Shown here piece after piece: positions 1-10,705 of a stretch of 64,000 bases of DNA. A program made the translations under genes and the position numbers. Numbering within the stretch: position 1 is the first letter of the stretch; each line of letters begins with the position of its first letter. Source of the DNA: Harriotta raleighana (lineage: Eukaryota); assembly GCA_050575255.1 (NCBI GenBank), contig JBNZDD010013550.1:980943-1044942 (forward strand), read 5' to 3'. Under the pieces are notes generated by a model, which did no database searches, was not told the origin of the DNA, and saw only the letters and a program-made list of their open reading frames with translations.

Positions 1-290
1 AATAGAACACCGAGGTTCCTGACTGGCTTTGCGAGGTGGAGAGTGCAGCCTTGGATGCTGATGCTGTCAGCACCCGAGTTGCGGAGGCGCTGACGCGAGC
101 CAATCAGGAGGGCCTCGGTTTTCCGGACATTGAGCTGAAGAAAGTTGACTCTCGTCCAGGACTCGATGTCAGACAGGCAGGCTGTCAGGACATCAGTAGT
201 CATGGAGTTGAGGGTAGAGGAGGAAAGGTAGAGTTGGGTGTCATCCGCATACATGTGGAATTTAACCCCATGTCTGCAGATGATGTCACC
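1..290 (-). mobile_element. L2-clade LINE reverse-transcriptase fragment (5'-truncated, runs off window)
   Basis: Open minus frame GDIICRHGVKFHMYADDTQLYLSS...NFLQLNVRKTEALLIGSRQRL...PVRNLGVL; YADD motif at 240-251. Confidence 0.92.
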
Positions 291-629
291 AAGATAATAA
301 GATATTAGAAATATATTCACTCATAACCGATTCAGACCTTTCTTACTATGGATTACCTGGTGTGACTCTCGCTCTAATAATAGAAGATGTTGGCCTCAGT
401 CATCTACCTCTGAATGGTGTGGCCAAAATTTTTTAGCCTTGGGCTGAATCTATTTTTAAGTGGCCTTGGCCTGAAACAAAATTCTGGCAATGAAAAGTCT
501 GTTTGCTCCAGTTTCTCAAGATGTGGGGTCATCAGCAATTAGATTAAGAAAGCCTGCAGTAAATGATAATGGTTATACTGTACTTACATTTGATATAGTA
601 CATTTCACGTTGGGAGGTCGTTTCACAGG

Positions 630-990
630 ATATACTGTGGCAGCCAATTTATGCTCAGCAACATTTCACAAATAGATATAAAGTGAATGACCAATTTTTT
701 TTGTTTGGGGGATTGTTGACCGGGATACCTACAGAAACTCCCTTCTCTTTTTGAGTGATGTCATTGGATCTTTAACCTTCACCTGTTTAGGAAGGCAGGG
801 CCTCAGTTTCACTTTTCATCCAAAATTTGGCACTTCCAAAGGTTGACACCTTCACAAACATAGCAAACTTCAGCACTTCATTGGAGTATCATCTTAGAAT
901 ACATGAGTTCTAAATCCCTGCGTGGGGTTTGAATCTACAAACTAAACTCAGAGGTGAGAGTCCTACCAAAAGAACCAGACTGACACATAG
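630..990 (-). mobile_element. Old, decayed Deu-domain tRNA-SINE (SacSINE1-like)
   Basis: Reverse complement of the same head/Deu motifs seen at 10217 and 63020. Confidence 0.6.
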
Positions 991-1126
991 CTTAAATACC
1001 ATGGACATCTTCTGAAGGTGTCAACATGTCAAAAATGAAGAGTAATCACCTTAAAGCAAAGAGTACGCCCAAGCTTTTTTCAAATAACAGAAAACCATGA
1101 TTTGATGGAAGTTTTTTTAAAGAAAA

Positions 1127-1132
1127 TTTATT
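1127..1132 (-). terminator. Candidate polyadenylation signal AATAAA
   Basis: Minus strand reads ...tgtattgtagtgtttttgtac...gtcAATAAAttttct, with UGUA/U-rich upstream context. Other AATAAA copies occur near 2104, 2888 and 3161. Confidence 0.5.
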
Positions 1133-2758
1133 GACATTATACCCAAAAATACCAGTAAGTACAAAAACACTACAATACATGAGACAAGCCTCCTGTGATA
1201 GTACTGCTCTCACAAGGGCGTACATGATTCCTCCTATGCATTTAATAAAACATAGTTCAAAAGAGTTAGCAGAAATACAGGTTTGGAGTGATAACATCCA
1301 TTTTAGAAAAGGAATGGTGTGAACATGTGAGCAAGTTAGTAATACTTTTTTGTGACCTCTCACACTGATTCTGGGATGTAAAACTGATTAAATATCTATA
1401 TCTCTGGCAAAGTTTTGGGTCTTCTTTACTGTGGACAAGAGAGGCTTTCCCTTGCTTATACTCAACCAGATTCATTACAATACTCTCAGGTGAATCAACT
1501 CCAAAATATGTGAGCATTCATAGAATTGAAAAGAATTCCTCACCTCACCCTCGATAGGTTTAACCCATTTGTGCTTTTGGAAAACAAGCTGAGCTGAACA
1601 CTACAAGACTTGTTGGCACTGCAGGATAACCTCTCATTTTCGACTGCCATGGCATTGGAACCCACGTGTGAAACTACAGCACTGTCATCTCACGCACTTT
1701 TCCCACTGCTTGGGAAGTACCAAAGTGGAGGAGGGGGAAGAAGGTATCTTGAAAGTTGACCACACTCCTGCGTTTCTCCCATTATGATCAACCAATGTTA
1801 GATCCTGGTCATCGAAATGTAATGGACCATGTCCATAGTAAATAACCATTTTAACTGGACTACAAGAATTCATTTGATACTAAGCTTTGAACATAGCTTT
1901 GACATAATACTCTTTGGATAATGCAGATCTGTATTATAGTTGAGGATGTTACTGTATACTATCAATATGGCAGCACACTGTACCAAAACATAGCCAAATA
2001 CTGCTATTAATACTAGCAAATACTTGTAACTATTGCAATAACACACACTTCATAGTACTGCTGAGCTTCCTTACTGAATACTTCCTCATACACATTGCTT
2101 TCCTTTATTTATCATTGTGAGTGGCGATTCTTGATTAAAAATGAATCTGAACTACTGAAAGACGATCAATTTCCTCAGCGGCTATGGCACAAGGAAAATT
2201 TCATGCTGTTCCGCCTTGTGATTATGGATCATCTCCACCAAATTCTGTTGAGGATTTCCAATCTGTCCTCTAAATACTTATGTATCCATTGCATTGATCA
2301 GGGCTGCAGATTTTCCTATCAATAGTGACTTTAAATTTAAAAAAACTCCACACACTAGAGAAACTACAAAGGGAATAAGTGTCAAATCTTACTTTAAAAA
2401 AAATGTAATTAAGGAATATAGCACCTTTGTGAAAAGTTAATAGAGTACTGGCAAACAACGGGGAAGATTGATAAGGATATTTTCATACAGAATCCTCTGC
2501 ATGACCTACAGAGGGACCAGCATCAAAGCTAGGAGTCAAACTCTGATACACAAACACTCACGAAAACAATAGTTCCAATCTTGTTTGAATTACATTATCG
2601 ACATTATTAAATATTAGTATTATCCTTCACATTATTTTCTGATGTTAATTCAGCCAGGAAAGTTGACTCAGCCTGTGCTCCACCTCAGTCCTATTACTTC
2701 AAGTGTATTGACTTTGTAATTCTACAACTATTGGAAGCTTTAGTTATTTAATTGAGCC

Positions 2759-2859
2759 TGTGGTTCATGTCACTAAACTAAATTGTGGTCCATGTCACTA
2801 AACTAACTGTTCTCCGTGTCACTAAACTAAACTAACTGTGGTTTGTGCCACTAAACTAA
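2759..2859. repeat. Imperfect ~24-29 bp tandem repeat x4 (tgtggtycatgtcactaaactaa) in putative 3'UTR
   Basis: Four copies of gtcactaaactaa/gccactaaactaa read directly. Confidence 0.85.
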
Positions 2860-3390
2860 TTTACTTTAGTGACTTTTGGGTCACTATTTTATTCAGAATT
2901 TCCCTGCTCCAATTTAAGCATCATATTACTCCTGAAGCTTTTGAATAGTTTTACTCCTTCATTCTATTGCAGAGGTAGAGCCAGATTGTCGTTCAGGACT
3001 TGCTAAGTCATTCAGTATGTAAAGAATTCTGCGCAAAGAAGCTTCAGCCTCTGTTTCTGTGGGTACAGCAGAGGAATACGGAAAGTTAAGAAAAAGTATG
3101 AAATGTCTCCCACCATCTTCCTTCACACAGGTCTGTCTGTTCAGCTCTCACAACATACAATTTATTATCTATGGGGGTTTGCTCGTTTGCTAAACCCTCT
3201 TCAGTTACAGTACACAAATTCTGCTTGAATAAAACCAAGGAACTCCTCCATCCCTCCCCAAAAATACTGTTTATAAAGTAAATATATTTAGTAGTGATTG
3301 CAAATTTTTTTGGAGTATTTGCTGGTAGGCAGGACAAAGAGAAACAGGTTTAGAACACTTCATTTTGCTTCTCTTCTGAACTCTGCCCTT

Positions 3391-3435
3391 CTAGATGTCC
3401 TTTACATGCACTTTCTTAGCCTTCTCAGCTGTCTC
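3391..3435 (-). CDS. FSTL1: FSTL1 last coding exon (14 aa plus TAG)
   Basis: Acceptor tttatttccag|GAG; encodes ETAEKAKKVHVKDI*, matching mammalian ETAEKTKRVSTKEI. Confidence 0.95.
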   Translation of the reverse strand, partial: ETAEKAKKVHVKDI

Positions 3436-3764
3436 CTGGAAATAAAGCAGAGAAGGCTCAAGAGAATGTTTCGGGGCAGTTTTTATCAAATCAGAAGTTA
3501 ATTTCCGGTATTCGCTCTTAAGCTTTGTCGATAACACATGGGAAGCTGCTATGTGCTGCCGAGTTTCACGCACAAAATACAGTCCATTAATTTCACAGTA
3601 TATTCAGTGAAACGCTTTGAGGCATCTCAACTATGTAATAAATAATGCAATCAAAAGCAAGGATTATTTTTATTATTATTTGTGGATTAGATATCCTGCA
3701 CTGGGCGAATACTTTTTTGCCCTCTCACACTCAACCAGTGAAACAAACAGATAGACCCCGGGTA

Positions 3765-4165
3765 AACCCTGCTTAACGTTGCCCTGGTTAACATTCTTTC
3801 ATTATTATGTTGCTGATATATTGGGGAACATATATTCATTTAATGTTGTGACGTTCTCTATTATGTTGTTTGTCAAGAGAGTGACGGGCAGGCTGGGAGT
3901 GAGCCAGGCCGGCTCAGAGAGAGCGAGGCAGGTTGGCAGCGAGTGAGTGAGCCGGGCAGGCAGTCAGGGAGCGAGTATAATTTTTTTNTGAGGCAGGTTA
4001 GCAGCGAGTGAGTGAGCAGGCAGGCAGTCAGGGAGCGAGTTTAATTTTTTTTCAGAAAATTTTGACGAAAAATGTCCAAAAAACCTCCCTCCAATTTTTA
4101 CATTCATTCTTATGCGAAAAATATATTCGCTTAAGGTCATTTCGCTTAAAGTCGCACTTTTAGTT
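3765..4165. mobile_element. Probable Tigger/pogo-like DNA transposon remnant, broken by an n gap at 3988
   Basis: Motifs cattcattcttatgcgaaaaatatattcgcttaag and ttcgcttaaagtcgc resemble Tigger-type non-autonomous elements. TIRs are not clearly visible. Confidence 0.4.
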
Positions 4166-4237
4166 CTTGTTGTTGGTTCCCGTAGCAGCACAATGCTTCA
4201 ATGTAAATTATTGTTATGAAACCCGTACAGTACGAAC

Positions 4238-4335
4238 CTGGTGCTTGTTGAGCTCCTCAACATACTTAGTCCATTCCTCCTCAGTCATCTCCTCATCCAT
4301 AGTTGCTGGACTGTGCTCCTCTGAAGTGTTCTTAC
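4238..4335 (-). CDS. FSTL1: FSTL1 penultimate exon, acidic C-terminal region, 98 nt
   Basis: Encodes GKNTSEEHSPATMDEEMTEEEWTKYVEELNKHQ; acceptor ctctgaag|GTAAG, donor CAG|gttcgt. An alternative in-frame acceptor would start the exon at 4320. Confidence 0.9.
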
Positions 4336-4754
4336 CTTCAGAGTGGAAAGACAACGAAAGGAAATAGTCAAGATGGCAATTCAAAGAGAAGCAGAGAGAA
4401 CAGTATGGATGGATGAGATATGAAAGAGCAAAGGTCATCAATAATTGGGCCCAGATATGTTCACACTGATATGTCAAAGTATATTCAGGAATTGCAATGT
4501 AAAAATCACTAATTGCTGATAGGACTAACTGCTTGCTGCAACTAGTGGTCAGCAATTGGTTTACTCAGTTAAAATTAAACAACATGTAAATTAAATTAGT
4601 TTCACTGTCCTCAGCAGTTATAAATCTGTATGGTTAATTGTGAAATGCCTGGCGGGATGACGTTGGAATACTCTGTCTCTATCCTCGCAAACTGTCCATT
4701 AAATGAGGGAACAACAGCTGGAATCTGTTTTTCCATAGTAACCTCTCGTCTCAC

Positions 4755-4865
4755 CGTCACAAGTCATGGCCGTGCACACCCAGTTACCGCAGGCACAGAT
4801 GCAGCGGTTACACTCCACTGTGGTATCAGCTCCGTCCTCGTAGGTTTCATCTTCCAGGGCACACT
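4755..4865 (-). CDS. FSTL1: FSTL1 exon, VWFC-like domain, 111 nt
   Basis: Encodes [37 protein letters not shown]; acceptor gtcacag|, donor ACG|gtgaga. Confidence 0.97.
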
Positions 4866-5220
4866 CTGTGACACAGCAAAGGAAAACCAGAAAATATCAG
4901 AATCTAGAGAATCCGACACATGTTACAGACTGGCAGGAAACTGGAAAGTATCATCTTGATGCCTGTACATGTATAAGGATGCACGTGCTGCAGAGGTGGA
5001 ATCTCTCACTTGTGATGTCTCCCATGTTTCAACCACTCTCATACTTCATGCTTCACACATGAAGAATGATTACCTCCCCACATGAAAACATCCATTGGCA
5101 ACCCGAAACCATATCCCAACACGAGCAAGAGCTTTAAAGTTAGGAGTAAGTCATAGAAATAGGACAAAATATGGAGCATTCCACTCACATTCGTAGAATG
5201 ATTTTACACTTTGTACTCAC

Positions 5221-5333
5221 TCTTCTCAGGAGGAATAAAGGCAGGGTTCAGGCAGTTCAGGAACTCATTAAAGCTGAGCTTCCAGTCAGCATTCTCATCA
5301 GACAGCTCGATCAGTGCATCTACACACAGGCCC
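5221..5333 (-). CDS. FSTL1: FSTL1 exon, EF-hand 2 region, 113 nt
   Basis: Encodes [37 protein letters not shown]; acceptor ttttccag|, donor AGA|gtgagt. Confidence 0.97.
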
Positions 5334-5477
5334 CTGGAAAACAATACAACAGGAATTCTTCGATTCTCCCCTGGATTCACACCAACAACCTGGTGCATTT
5401 CATGGAGAGTAATGTCTACAAGCACTTCACAGTGACGGGGTTGGGATTTTGAGCATGGAAGAATCTCCATCGTACAG

Positions 5478-5875
5478 AATATTAAATTCAAGATCCTGGT
5501 CTTCACCTTCAAAGCCCTCCATGGCCTTGTCCCCCTCTACCTCTGTGATCTTCTAATCCCCTACCAACCTGTCTGTTCCATCTGCTCAGCCAGCTCTGGC
5601 CTGCTCCACAACCCCTATCCTATCATCGAGTGGGTGATCTTTCAGCTACTCTGCCCCCAATCTTTGGAATTCAATCCCGCAGTCCCTCTGCCTCGCCTTC
5701 CGTAGTCTCCTTCAAGTCGCACCTCAAGACTCTCCTCTTCAATCGTACCATTGGTTACCACCTTCCCACACCTTTCAAGATCACGACCCCAGCTTGGATC
5801 ATAAATACTGACTGTCCAGCATCTTGAGACATCCTCTCTATGTGAATGGTGCTATACAATCATAATTTTGTTGTT
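5478..5875 (+). mobile_element. L2 LINE 3' fragment
   Basis: Contains attcaagatcctggtcttcaccttcaaagccctccatggcc and a 3' tail ending gtgaatggtgctatac...ttgttgtt. Homologous to the copies at 16340 and 55640. Confidence 0.85.
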
Positions 5876-7080
5876 TAAATTCATCCAACTGATGGGGCGG
5901 AGGATGTGCAGCAAGCCTGAGTTAACCAAGTGCGTTAATTTTAATCTGTTCCAAGACTACCATGCGTCAAGAGCACTATATCAATAAAATTTGTTGTCGC
6001 TAATCTCAGCCAATGTGTTAACAGTAAACTGTTAGTCTCTGCCAATGTGGAACCAATCTAAAAACTCCCCATAATATCTCTTTGAGCCTTAAATGTCAGA
6101 GAAATTGCAGCCAATTTAACTCTCCCCCTCCCAACTCTCTCCCCCTCCCAACTCTCTCCCCTTCCTCTCCCATTCCCCTCAACCCCTACCCCCCTCTTCC
6201 CTACCCCACCCCCTCTACGCCTCACCCCTTCCCACCTACACCTTTCACCTATCACATATACATATCTCTTCAGCTAGGGGGGTGTTGCTCTGAATAGCAA
6301 TGTCCCCCTTAAACCCATGTATAGCACTTCTATCTATTGCCCAGGTGTGATCAAACAGCTCAGTTAATGCAGATCAAGATCTAACCCTTGATCATTAATT
6401 GCTGAACAGGTGCCTTGAGACTTGTGTGAATACTTGACGCAATTGACCATCCATATTCCCCCACAAATATACGGTAGTTTTTTCCTGTTCTCCTTCCCCC
6501 TACCCCAACCCCTCCCCTTGCCATCTTTCCCTCCTTTCTCCCCTAACCCCACTTCCATGACTGTTTGTGGGACACTGCTGTGCGCAATTTGGCTGCCACA
6601 TTTTGCCCAAAAATATACAGTCAATTTTTCCTACTTTCCTTCCCCTGACCCCTCCCCCCTGCCCTGCTCTAATCCCTACTTGTTGTACAGCGCCTTGGGA
6701 CATCCTCCCGACATGAAAGGCGCTTTATAAATGTAATTTTGATTGATTGATTGAACTCATAGCTAGCATCAAACGATATAACACTACTTTGCTGCCGAAA
6801 TGTAAAAGTTAGAAAATAAAATCTGTGCAAAGTCCGCGTACATTTTCTTTTCTGTCTATTCTAAACGCTGACGAGCAAATCAATCATTAAAAGGGCAACA
6901 GTTTTAATCTTTTAATCATATCACTTGCTACTATTGTTTTGAGAAAGCAGGTTTGTGGGCTTCCCCTTTTGAGTCCAAGAGAATCAGAACCAGATGAAAT
7001 TTCTCTCCACCTCTTCCCCATTTTGCTCAGCCCTATCCCTGGCTTCTGCATTTTTCCTGCTACTCAACTCTCCCTCTCAC

Positions 7081-7199
7081 CTGAGAAGCTTGTTGTCATC
7101 CTGCTCGATGTATGATGTGCTGTTGATGACAGTCTCGTTGTGCTCCACGAATTTCAGCAACTCATTAGAATCCAGACGGGAATCACCATCATCATAGCT
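7081..7199 (-). CDS. FSTL1: FSTL1 exon, EF-hand 1 region, 119 nt
   Basis: Encodes [40 protein letters not shown]; acceptor gtgtggcag|, donor CAG|gtgaga. Confidence 0.96.
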
Positions 7200-8421
7200 C
7201 TGCCACACACACACGCACATAAAGAAACCCAAATCTCAGCCACTTGGAAAAAGGGATCAAAAGGCCTAACCACTGGAAAAGAAACCTTGTGACACAAATC
7301 ATGTGCTTAACCTCACTTTAACTGAGAAACAAAACCANGCACATAAAGAAACCCAAATCTCAGCCACTTGGAAAAAGGGATCAAAAGGCCTAACCACTGG
7401 AAAAGAAACCCTGTGACACAAATCATGTGCTTAACCTCACTTTAACTGAGAAACAAAACCACGAGGAACCAACAAAAAACTATTTCAAAAAGCAACAAAA
7501 AACAGTGTTAAATGTCACGGAAAGATTGCAAGGCAAGCGTTTTCAGCCACTTATTTCTGGTTTGAAAGTTTTGTTCCCCTATATGCTGTTTCAGTGCCAG
7601 AATTATGAAACAATACATTTGTGGGAACAGTCAAGTGTTTCAAAATTACTAGGAACATCACATGGATCCTTTCTTTTAAAAACTTTGTGGAATGTTGCCC
7701 TTACGATAACAGAACTCTGTGACAATGGTAGGTTTTTTATTCTTCAATTAATAACTCAACGAAGATGAAACCTCATGTATATGTATATATTGTCTGTTGA
7801 CTGACAGTAGAGTCACTCATTGGGAGACAACTGGAACCCAACTGAAGAATTTACTGTTGCACAACTTACATACATTAAGCTTTTTATTTCCCTGCGAGTC
7901 TTTCGAAGGGCAAACAGTGAAAGAAACATCTGATAGAGGCTGCTAAGCACTTGCTTATGGATATCATGTTCCAAGTACGGCCAGTTCTGAATGGAGCCAA
8001 TTAAACATCTGATGACAAAATGTCATTCGTAAGTTTTCTGCTAAATTTTTACTTTTACTTCCAATTTTTACTTCCAATGTTATTCCTGCCATAAGGCTTT
8101 GGGCTGTTGCAAAATCATTTGTGTTACAGAGTGAAGTTTGGAGAGGGGGAATGCATTGTGAAGAGGGCCACACATGGAGAAGAGTCCAAGGCAGGGTTAG
8201 GGAAAGGTCTGACTAGGGTTTCTTGACCCAGTCTTAAAATAATGTAATCTTTAGCAAAAGATCAGATGAAAATATTCAGACTTGATAGTCAATATGCTCC
8301 TGCATGCAGACTCCCAACAAATCTTATGTCACTCCCATTATATTAAAAAAAAACCTCTCTGCTCAGTGATGACCTTATTTTAATCTGTTGTGAATGTTAT
8401 AAGGTGAGGGTTAGGACTTAC

Positions 8422-8552
8422 CTTGAAGTACTTGTTTAAGATGTCTGTATAATTGATGCCCTTAGAAAACCAGCCATCGGGGATGATTTCAGTCTCCAGC
8501 CACTCCATAATGTGGCGACGGAGCTCATCGCGGTCTGCCTGGTAGCAAACAA
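8422..8552 (-). CDS. FSTL1: FSTL1 exon, 131 nt
   Basis: Encodes [44 protein letters not shown]; acceptor tctccttcag|, donor AAG|gtaagt. Not shown in the ORF track. Confidence 0.96.
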
Positions 8553-8651
8553 CTGAAGGAGAAAAGATAGAACATTAGTCAACTGCTCCAGCTAGCCAAG
8601 AGCAAATATTGTGCAGGTTTTATTGGAGTCATTTATAGTTTGGATTACTTT

Positions 8652-8805
8652 TCATAGAATCCTACAGTACAGAAACGGGGGCCATTCGCCCATCGTGCTC
8701 TTTGAAAACACTACTCAATTAGTCCCACTTCCCCGCTCTTTCCCCATAGACCTGCACCTTTTTGTTCTTTTCAAATATCTATCCAATTCCCTTTTGAAAG
8801 TTTTT
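8652..8805 (-). mobile_element. CR1 LINE 3' end fragment
   Basis: catagaatcctacagtacagaaacgggggccattcgcccatc is the reverse complement of a typical CR1 tail. Confidence 0.7.
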
Positions 8806-10216
8806 ATTTACGATGGAGAATTGGGCCCCCTAAATATCTGATGCCGGTGTATTATAAGCTGTCGAGTTAGAAAAATGTCACCCCTTCTGGGTCAGCAGAT
8901 TAACGATGACACCACCAATGATGTCAATGAAGTATGCACATAAGGAGCCAGCGATCACTCTCACAAGCCTTTCCATCCTTAGCAGCTGCACTATATACTG
9001 ACTTGTGACAGGGTCCTAATGTATTATGCATCCTTCTGGGGCACACAACACTAACTGGCTTCCTATTGTGTTGCATATTTCCACTAAACGCCACATACTG
9101 ATGATGGGGAGAAGGAGCTATAAAAAGCAAAATGAAGCTTTTTCCACAGGTAAAGGCAGAGACATACAGAATGTGCTACATCATTCCTTCCTATAAATCA
9201 AGCATAAATAAGAAAGAACTCAGTTGCATTGAATTTCTGACATTAAGCAGCTGGCTCAACTTGGTGGAAACTGACTTAACCCAAAGCAAAACACTAAAGA
9301 GTTTAGACACATGTAGACGTATTTCAGATTGATCCCATTAGTGCAGCATTGTAAATAACTCCCATTGCTGAGAAATAGAACAATATTTGTCTCAAACATA
9401 ATGACTATGTCACTGGTGGCAGGTTATATATAGGGCTGCTCTCTGCATGAGTCACAACGTTAATTTAATCTTTTTCCATGTCCAAAACACACTATATTAA
9501 AAAAATTGGTTTGAAGTTAAAAGAGTATAATGTGCCTCTGCAAATTATTGCATAGGTGTGGTAAATTACTGTAACAAGCTTTACCTTATTTAGAGAATTC
9601 ATGCAGGGCTCAGTGGGAAGAAATCTCATAAATTTCTGCAGATTTAGCTAGTACTTCACAAAACCACTATAGCAGCACAGGTCTCATTGACTAAGCCTGC
9701 TGTAGATACCGGCCTATGATCTGAGCTGTTCTAACTTACTGAGAGTTGCTGCAGTTAACTGCAGGAGCAAAGCTGGCACCAAAAATACACTGAGAACGGA
9801 GTGATTCACTTGAAGAGCCATGAGGAACAATGTTACATGAACAGGGAGTGAGCTATTCATTTGAACCGCTGCAGTACAATGTGTGCAGTGGAAAGGTGAT
9901 GCGAATCAGCAAAGCTCTTTTGATGTGAAAAGCACTATACATGAATGTAAAGGTCAGAGGGTACTGTATTAATGGGTATATAAAGGGATTTGAATCCCAA
10001 AGCTTCCAGCACAAAGGACAATGCTCTATCTTCTGCAGCAGAGAGAAGAAAAGCTCAGAGCAGGTCTCAAGTCCCTTGTGTATATGCTGTTTGGGGAAAT
10101 AATCTCTTTTGATACTCGAGAACAGGGTACAAATACCATCGCACCCGCTCTGCCCATTAAGATTGCTTCATCACATTCACACTCTTGTAACCCACACTCT
10201 GGGATACAATAATTTG

Positions 10217-10705
10217 TGTGTCAGCATGGCTCGGTGTTAGCACTCCAGTCTCCGAACCAGAAAGTGATGGATACACATCCCACATTGGGATTTGAATTTT
10301 CGTAATCTAAAATGACACTACAATGCAGTACTGGGGTTGTGTTCCAGGTGGTGCTGGTTGAATGAGACCTTAAACCAGCCCTCCCTAACCTTTACCCAGC
10401 ATGACCCCACTCCAACACTGAAAATATTTGGGGATGGTTATGATGTGAACCCATTTTTTTCAAGTTGCAACCCCAGAGTTGGGAAACACTGCCTTAAACC
10501 AAGCTTGTTCAGTGGATGTTAAAGATTAAAAATAGAAGGGAGTTTCTCCTGGCATCCTGGTCAACAATCCCCCAAATAAATATATGTGGCGATTCACTCC
10601 ATGGCTGTTTCTGGGACACTGCTGTGTGCAAATTGCCCACAAACATAACGTCATTCTACTTCACGGTAAATCCTAAACGCTTTACCAAATGTCAGGATTA
10701 TTACA
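10217..10705 (+). mobile_element. Old Deu-domain SINE (SacSINE1-like), interrupted by a hAT MITE
   Basis: Decayed tRNA-like head, Deu core ctgtttctgggacactgctgtgtgcaaattg, and tail caaatgtcaggattatt. Confidence 0.7.
10376..10491. mobile_element. 116-bp hAT (Charlie-like) MITE with 8-bp TSD
   Basis: Perfect TSD ccttaaac at 10368-10375 and 10492-10499. Right end gttgggaaacactg is the reverse complement of CAGTGTTTCCCAAC; left end cagccctccctaac is degenerate. Confidence 0.75.

Larger units (their letters stand above)
1105..3390 (-). other. FSTL1: Probable FSTL1 3'UTR
   Basis: AT-rich stretch free of recognisable interspersed repeats, running from the stop codon to an AATAAA. Interspersed repeats resume below ~990. 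The 3' end is inferred. Confidence 0.6.

Noticed and set aside
36-308. 90-aa plus-strand ORF
   Set aside because: It is the antisense shadow of the L2 reverse-transcriptase frame.
2759-2859. CRISPR-like array
   Set aside because: The context is eukaryotic, the units are directly adjacent without unique spacers, and there are no cas genes.
1105-3390. miR-198 hairpin as in the human FSTL1 3'UTR
   Set aside because: miR-198 is primate-restricted and I saw no matching sequence here.
6058-6297. Pro-rich/Gly-rich ORFs and possible G-quadruplex tract
   Set aside because: This is a low-complexity C/T tract similar to the C-rich L2 3'UTR segments elsewhere (e.g. 32740-32790); there is no coding evidence.
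4630-7197. Plus-strand ORFs at 4630, 5171, 5211 and 6994 as an antisense gene
   Set aside because: They overlap FSTL1 exons and are explained as antisense shadows of coding sequence.
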